Source: Macrostomum lignano
Taxonomy: Eukaryota
Assembly (NCBI GenBank): GCA_002269645.1
Contig: NIVC01000292.1
Location: forward strand, 496,001-560,000
Length of the DNA stretch: 64,000 bases
Direction of reading: 5' to 3'
Both the position numbers and the translations under genes were made by a program. Numbering within the stretch: position 1 is the stretch's first letter; every line of letters starts with the position of its first letter. The notes under the pieces were generated by a model. The model was not told the DNA's origin. It saw only the letters and a list, made by a program, of their open reading frames with translations, and did not search any database. Shown here in pieces: positions 56,451-64,000 of the stretch.

Positions 56451-57905
56451 TAGTGGCGCGTCCAAGGGGGGGCTAGGGGGGGCCTGGGCCCCCCAATTAA
56501 GCCATGGGCCCCCCCTGTGGCCCCCCCCCCCAATTAAGCCACAGGCCCCCCTGTGGCCTACCCCCACTTTCAGTTTTTTTCACTTTGGATTTTCCAAAAA
56601 ATAGTTTGAAAAACCATTTTTTTTCTTTTTTGCAATTTTAATTTTAGAAACAATAGTTTTTATACGAGCACTTGTAAGTTGTTGAAACCTGTGGATCTTG
56701 AACCCATGGAATTCCAATCTCCGGAATTATTTTCACACATATTCTAGAATTTGAAGTCATACTCAAACAAAAACTTGTTAATAGTTAGGATGGAGATGAA
56801 CATAAAATGGAGTAAATTCATGTAAAATTAAGATTTGAGGCAAGCATTGATCTTGTTGGCTAGGATGCTGTGCAGAATATCAGGCAATGTCGATCTAAAA
56901 CATGTATTGGAAAAGTCAGGAAAACTCTGATCTCTGCCTCTCTCTACATGTACATCCCTCGGATCCTTTGAAACTTCTATCTTTGCTTCTGTTTCCTCTC
57001 TTTTCTCTCATCTTTCGTCTCTCCTGTCATCTCTTCTTTCCTCTTTCCTCTCTTCTCTCTCCCCTCTTCTTTTGTCTCTTCCCCCACCTCTCTTCTCTCA
57101 CGTCTTTTCTCTGATCCCTCCTTTCTCTTCTTTTATCTCTGCACTCTTATCTCTTCACATTTCTCTTTTTTCTTGCCTCTCTCTTCTCTCATCTCATCTC
57201 TTCCCTGTTCTTTCCTCTCTCCTCTTTCCTCACTTTTTTCTCTCTGCTCTCCTCTTTCCTCTTTCCCCTCTACTCTCATCTCTTCCCTTTCCTCTCTTTT
57301 CTCTCCTCTCTTCTCTTCTCTCTCATCTCTACTCTCTTCTATCTGCTCTCTACTTTCTCCCATCTTTTCTCTCTTCTCTCATCTCTACTCTTTTCTATCT
57401 CCTCTCTTTATCCTTTATCCTATCTACTTCATCCTATCTACTCTCTCCTCTCTCATCTCATCTCTCTCATCTCTCCCTCTTCTCACCTCTACTCTCTCCT
57501 CCTATTTATCCCTCCCTACTCTCTCCCCTTTCCTCTCAGTAAAAATATATACTTTGCAGAGATTAGCCAATAATTAAATGAACCAACAGAGTTTTTTGAT
57601 GAGAATCTGCCAGGAAAAGTAAACTGTAAATGAATTTGTGTTTAGCTTTCTATTCAAAAATTTTCCAATTGCAAATCCTAAAAAGTGTTCTTGGGCAAAA
57701 AACATTTAGAATGTTAGTTAAATCAACTTAGCTATAGCATTCATTCTTTGCGAGATCTTTTTTGGATATGTCATTTTTACTTTTCGGTAAAAATTAGCTT
57801 TTACAATAATTAAAAAACTCAATTCAAGATGCTGGCATTGCCCCTTCAGTTTTTACTGGGCCCTAACTAGGCCCCCCCATCCTGAAAACTCTGGACGCGC
57901 CCCTG
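56451..57905. mobile_element. Non-autonomous hAT element (1455 bp) with G/C-rich subterminal repeats and an internal CT-rich tract
   Basis: TIRs TAGTGGCGCGTCCA / CAGGGGCGCGTCCA(rc), 12 of 14 identical; exact 8-bp TSD GAACTTAT at 56443-56450 and 57906-57913. Confidence 0.92.
56990..57540. repeat. Polypyrimidine (CT-rich) low-complexity tract
   Basis: Direct inspection; inside the hAT element. Confidence 0.9.
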
Positions 57906-58017
57906 GAACTTATTAAGATAATATAATATAATTTTAAGATTAAGATAATATTTGACATTTCAGCCTTTTCTTAATCTTAGAGCACAATATATTTTAAGGA
58001 TTGCAAGGCAATTCAAA

Positions 58018-61000
58018 ATGCAGTCAAGTGCAATATCCAATATTTCAGGTATGCTTGAATAATACTGCTATTTTCACAGCCTATTTTCTATTTAATAATG
58101 CAATTTACTTTTACATTTGTCTTTGCATTACCAGACTGGCGCAAGCCATATGCTGAGCGCAACCAGCTGGAAGACCTGCTGCACTCAATCCCAGCGCCAG
58201 CGCCCTACACAGTCTGGCTGCGCTGGTTCGAGCAGGGCACTGCCATCATCAAGGAGACAAACTCGCCAAATGAGCCCAACCAGATGGCACTGGCTACCGC
58301 TACCAGGTGGGGACTTACAGCTTCGATTTTTATGGTAGAAAGCTAAGGGCTTGTGTTCGGTCTTTTTTATTATATATATCTGAAATTCTGTGAATTCGTG
58401 GGATCCGGGATTTTTGTGAAGCATCTGTGAATTCAGAGTTTGACTCCTGATTTAGGGCTCTTGAATTTTTGTGAATCTGGAAAGGATTTCTTTGAATTCG
58501 GGGATGTCGGGAATCTAGGATTTCTTTGAATTCGGGAATCTGGGATTTCTGTAAATTCGAAGATCTGAGACTTCTGTGAATCATCAGGGATTTTTGTGAA
58601 TTTGGAGATCTGAGACTTCTGTGAATCATCTGTGATTTTTGTGAATTCGGGGATCTGTTATTTTGTGAATTTGGGAATCTTTTATTTTTGTGAATTCTGG
58701 GATCTGGGATTTCTTGTGAATTGGGAGATCTGGGATTTTTGTAAATTAGGGTATCTAGGATTTCTGTGAATTTGAGGATCTGGGATTTTTGTAAATTTGG
58801 GGATGTGTGATCTTGCGAATTCGGGGAGCTGGGACTTTTGGAAATTAGGGGATCTGGGATTTCTCTATTGGCGCGCTTATACGTGATCAGGAGTCAGCAA
58901 AATGGACAGAATTGCCCCAGCGCTGGTAGCGAGGGACAATATCGCCGAAGACGCTGCTTCAGGGTGCCCACAGCCCCCATGCAATTATTACTATTTAACA
59001 CTGTCACCATAGCAACAGTACTGCGTCTTCATAATTGTTGTTTTCTTTTGCCCAACTTGCAGGGACGGCTGTCCGTCTGTGCGCTACGTGCTGCTGAAGG
59101 GCCACGACGAGAGGGGCTTCTATTTCTACACCAACTACAGCAGCCGCAAAGGCAAGGAGCTGGTGAGTGGCTGACCAGCTTATTTCTTTACAGTATTTGC
59201 TCTGCTTGCGTAATCATTTTTCAGATGCTAGAAATTAACAGGACATATGTGTTACAGGTGGTCAGGTGGAAACATTGACAATTAGACAGGTGGACACATT
59301 GACAATTAGACAGGTGGACATATTGACAATTAGAACGGTGGACACATTGATAATTGGACAGGTGGACACATTGATAATTGGACAGGTGGACACATTGATA
59401 ATTGGACAGGTGGACACATTGACAATCAGACAGGTGGACACATTGACAATTAGACAGGTGGACACATTGACAATTAGACAGGTGGACACATTGACAATTA
59501 GACAGGTGGACACATTGACAATTAGAACGGTGGACTGTGGACACATTGACAATTAGAACGGTGGACACATTGACAATTAGAACGGTGGACACATTGACAA
59601 TTAGAACGGTGGACACATTGATAATTGGACAGGTAGACACATTGATAATTGGACAGGTAGACACATTGACAATTAGACAGGTGGACACATTGACAATTAG
59701 ACAGGTGAACAAATTGACAATTAGACAGGTGGACACATTGACAATTAGACAGGTGGACACATTGATAATTGGACAGGTGGACACATTGACAATTAGACAG
59801 GTGGACACATTGACAATCAGACAGGTGGACACATTGACAATTAGACAGGTGGACACATTGACAATTAGAACGGTGGACACATTGATAATTGGACAAGTGG
59901 ACACATTGACAATTAGAAAGGTGGACACATTGACAATTAGACAGGTGGACACATTGACAATTAGACAGGTGGACACATTGAATTAGACAGGTGGACACAT
60001 TGACAATTAGACAGGTGGACACATTGACAATCAGACAGGTGGACACTCGATTAAACAGGTGGAGACAGATATTTGACAGTTAGACACATTCATAGTTAGA
60101 CAGGTGGATACATTGACAATCAGACAGGTGGACACTCGATTAAACAGGTGGAGACAGATATTTGACAGTTAGACACATTCATAGTTAGACAGGTGGACAC
60201 ATTGACAATCAGACAGGTGGACACTCGATTAAGCAGGTGGAGACAGATATTTGACAGTTAGACACATTCATAGTTAGGCAGGTGGACACATTGATAATCA
60301 GACAGGTGGACACTCGATTAAACAGGTGGAGACAGATATTTGACAGTTAGACACATTCATAGTTAGACAGGTGGACACATTGACAATCAGACAGGTGGAC
60401 ACATTGACAATTAGACAGGTGGACACATTGACAATTAGACAGGTGGACACATTGACAATTAGACAGGTGGACACATTGACAATCAGACAGGTGGACACTC
60501 GATTAAACAGGTGGAGACAGATATTTGACAGTTAGACACATTCATAGTTAGACAGGTGGACACATTGACAATCAGACAGGTGGACACTCGATTAAACAGG
60601 TGGAGACAGATATTTGACAGTTAGACACATTCATAGTTAGGCAGGTGGACACATTGATAATCAGACAGGTGGACACTCGATTAAACAGGTGGAGACAGAT
60701 ATTTGACAGTTAGACACATTTATAGTTAGACAGGTGGCCACAAACAATTGGGCAGGTGGACGTCAAGGACTGCTTAAGTGAAATGACGGAAAACTTCCGT
60801 TTCTCAGAAAATCTTCAGAGGCCTACTCTATACGAATGATACACTACGGAGATAGCATATGTCCTCTGTGCATTTATTCCAATCCGCAGGCTGAGAACCC
60901 GCGCGCCAGCCTGTGCCAGTACTGGCCGGAGCTGAACCGGTCCATCCGCATCGAAGGCCGGGTCGAGCGCACCTCGGCGGAGAACAGCGAGGCCTATTTC

Positions 61001-61312
61001 CGCAGCCGGCCGCTGCCCAGCCAAATTGGCGCCGCGGTCAGCCCGCAGAGCCAGGTGGTGCCATCTCGCGATTTCCTCGAGGACCGGCGTCGGGAACTGG
61101 ACGCCCGGGTTAGCCAAGGCGAGTCAGTGGCCAGGCCGGAGAGCTGGGGCGGCTACTGCGTGCTGCCGACCAGCTACGAGTTCTGGCAGGGCCAGCGGGA
61201 CCGCCTGCACGACCGGGTTCGATTCCGCAGGCGGCAGGACCTCACCGAAGAGGAGATGCGGATGGCTCAGCCGGCCGAGGGCGACTGGGTGTGCGAACGG
61301 CTCGCTCCGTAA
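58018..61312 (+). CDS. PNPO: Pyridox(am)ine 5'-phosphate oxidase, 241 aa
   Basis: Exons 58018-58048, 58135-58306, 59063-59162, 60890-61312; total 726 nt, GT-AG and in phase. Motifs [53 protein letters not shown]. Confidence 0.95.
58380..58862. repeat. Degenerate GGGATC/TTTTGTGAATT satellite, PNPO intron 2
   Basis: Direct inspection; unit about 22-24 bp, heavily diverged. Confidence 0.75.
59265..60738. repeat. 24-bp minisatellite (CAGGTGGACACATTGACAATTAGA) turning into an 89-bp higher-order unit, PNPO intron 3
   Basis: Direct inspection; the GACACTCGAT marker occurs at 60042, 60131, 60220, 60309, 60494, 60583 and 60672. Confidence 0.95.
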
Positions 61313-64000
61313 GCGCGACTCGGACTGGCTCAAGTGCATCCGTACTTTTAGAGTACATTTGAACTGATAAAGTGCGTCTCTACTTGTAGAGTACATTTGA
61401 AATGGCGAAGTGCATCCGTACTTTTAGAGTACATTTGAACTGGTGAAGTGCGTCTGTACTCGCTCATGTATTTGTATTAGTATTTTATTATGTGTGCGCA
61501 TTAGTTAGAAATGAAAGTATTTATAATAAAATAAATAAAAAAGAGCTTGTTGATTTCTTCTTGTCAAGCAATAGAATATTTTTAGTTTTACCGTTTCCTA
61601 GCGTTAGGTCTTTTTGGTACATCTCGGCGTATAATTTAGGAGTGCACTTGATGCTAATTTTTGTATTCCAAATTTAACTCGATTGATCGAATTTCTATCT
61701 GGTCCATTTAAATGCAGACTGCAGCATACACCAATAGTTGATTTCGAGGTTGATTTCTTAGTCCGAAGTTTGCTTAGTACGAGCAATTGTGTATTAGATC
61801 TTAATTGATTAAGTGCATGTATATTGCTACCATTTAAATGAAGCTACCTGGAAATTTATTCTGTTTGCACTCGTTACCTGCCGTTCACTTTCCTTGTCAA
61901 GTGGACCTTCTGCAATGTGCGAAATTAAGATAAACAAAGTAATTAAATATCTGTTAAATGTACTGGCTAGTTATTATGTGTTTTTATTCATTAGTGTCTA
62001 ATTTAAGAGTTGGAGTTCAGAATGAAAAAAACAATTTTCTTTATACTTTTAGAATGAATTTATGAATTTATTTAGGAGCATTTCTAGTACCTTTCACATG
62101 TGGATTTTTTGTATTTTTAAAATAAATGCTCCGAAATATTCGTTATACAATGAAGCTGCGGCTGCGCTCATTTGTCAATTTTTTATTTAAGGATGAAGTT
62201 AAAGGCTTGGTAAATTTTATCTTGTTTTATCTGTTTATTTCTTCTAAAGTGTAGGCTAATGTACCGTCTAATTCGACTACTCGACTAGCATTCACGAAAA
62301 CGGAGATGGTGCAAGAATCGGAAAACGAGCGTCATTTTTTCAGTTGAGTGATGTGAAGGCAAAAACTAATATATTGTTAAGAGGTTGTGTCTATGAATAT
62401 ATAATCGATGAAATCAGTAACAAAACATGTGCATGCACATCATGTTAAAATTTATTTTCATGAATTATACGAAGCACGTGTATATATAATTCCCGACAAT
62501 CCGGTCGTCCGGAATCAAGGTGCCATTGAGTTCAATAACATTGGATGTGTTAATTTCAACATCGAGGTTTTCATGGACACTAATTAATAAAAAACTATCG
62601 TTTTCCATTTTATCGTTTTTCTTAAATACTTTGGGCCTTTCAAATGACGTCGTACTATTACACCCCTAATGAACCAAGGACTACTAACGAAGTGACTTCA
62701 GTGGTCCTTGTAATGAACATGAAAAAATAAGACGTCTTTTTTGAAGAACAGAATTTTTGCGTCTTTTAAAAATGTTAGACGATGAATTGGACCAAATACA
62801 AAAATTTTTGGCTCCTGTTTAGAAAAAAATGCTGAGACAATACCAGCGTGTTTGTTTTTAAAAGCGCAGTAAGCGAACCCTTAATGTACACTTTTGTTTA
62901 CCATTGCCATTAGTCGTAACCTTAGGATAAGGAAAAAATCGGATCGATTAGTTTAAAATATTGAAAGTGTTTTCCTTTTACGTTTTAGTTTTAAAAAATT
63001 GTTTTATAAAACAAATTTGAAAAAAAAACGTTTCGTAAATTCGTATTTAGAAAATGTTTTCATTTTACTGTAGGTTATCGTGTCTCGCGAAATTAGTTGG
63101 TAACCATTCAAATTTTTCCATATAAATCCGATTGGCCCAACGTTGCATGCCTGGAGTTACAATTAATTGTGCAACAACACTACGAAGTTAACATGAGTAT
63201 ATTTTGCCCTTTCATGTTCACATTGAACTCTTCATTTTTTCTCTTATATTTCTGGACAGACTTGAAGTCGCTACTTCAAGATAAAAATGCATATATATAT
63301 ATATATATATATATATAACTTAAACCTTTAGTCTGCTAGCAGTGCTAGGAAGACCGCGAGCTGATAGTGAAGTTATATTGAATTTTAAACTCATTTAGTT
63401 AATATTTATAGGCCTATAGTTAAATTCTATCTATATTTACATGTATATTAATATGTCATTTTGCTACTAAGTACTACAAGACTAGGGCTTAGTTATAATT
63501 ATAATTTAATAAAAAATAAATTTATCCTAGCCTTAGGTCTCAGAGTTGTTTATATCTAGATATTAAAAAGGCTATGCCTATGTTCTATAGATTATTTTTG
63601 ACTATAATAAAGTTTTCCAGATAAAAAATTTACTTGCATTACTATATATATTGCAATTCATACTAGCATTGTAATATTTTTGAAACCATTATATATTTGT
63701 TAAGTATTCACATTTCTAATCTATTTAAGTCATTGCTATGCCATTCATGTAAAAATGGTGTAATTTTCTATGACTATGAATTTGTTGCTTCATTAAAATA
63801 TTTGGTTAAATTTATCTAATAAAATTGTTTTTTTTTACTTATTATTTACTTTCTATTATAAAACTAAGCAAAAATAATATTACAATTATATATAAATATG
63901 TATTTTATATAAATCTAAATATAATCTAGAAATAGAATAAGACTAGATACAATAATTTTCTTGCTCTAGGCTTGAGAGAATTGTCTATTCTATTTACTAC

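Noticed and set aside
61604-61786. Possible hAT transposase C-terminal remnant (…SLHLNGPD…)
   Set aside because: Similarity is limited to a few residues, with no flanking TIR or TSD found.

Overview
Eukaryotic (animal) genomic DNA, not prokaryotic. A flatworm-type ZFP-1 zinc-finger gene, very GC3-rich exons and minisatellite-filled introns suggest a free-living flatworm such as Macrostomum (inference). I reconstructed seven spliced protein-coding genes by hand from GT-AG junctions. They are: the 3' half of an ABCA transporter (+, enters from the left edge), protein phosphatase 1 catalytic subunit (-), a P2X ATP-gated channel (+), an NPY/RFamide-type GPCR (+), a ZFP-1-family C2H2 factor (+), a divergent ERp72/PDIA4-like disulfide isomerase (-, with a 1-nt frameshift in its last exon) and PNPO (+). 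A large part of the window is tandem repeats (units of 4-45 bp, some with higher-order structure). Mobile DNA comprises two hAT elements with exact 8-bp TSDs, a long-TIR element, two tRNA/CORE-like SINE copies and a decayed copia gag with a PBS. The most striking pattern is compositional. Gene 5' ends sit in AT-rich, minisatellite-free islands shared by head-to-head pairs (PP1/P2X, PDIA4/PNPO), while the downstream exons of the same genes have near-saturated GC3 and their introns carry satellites. The ERp72-like protein has lost two of its three CGHC sites.
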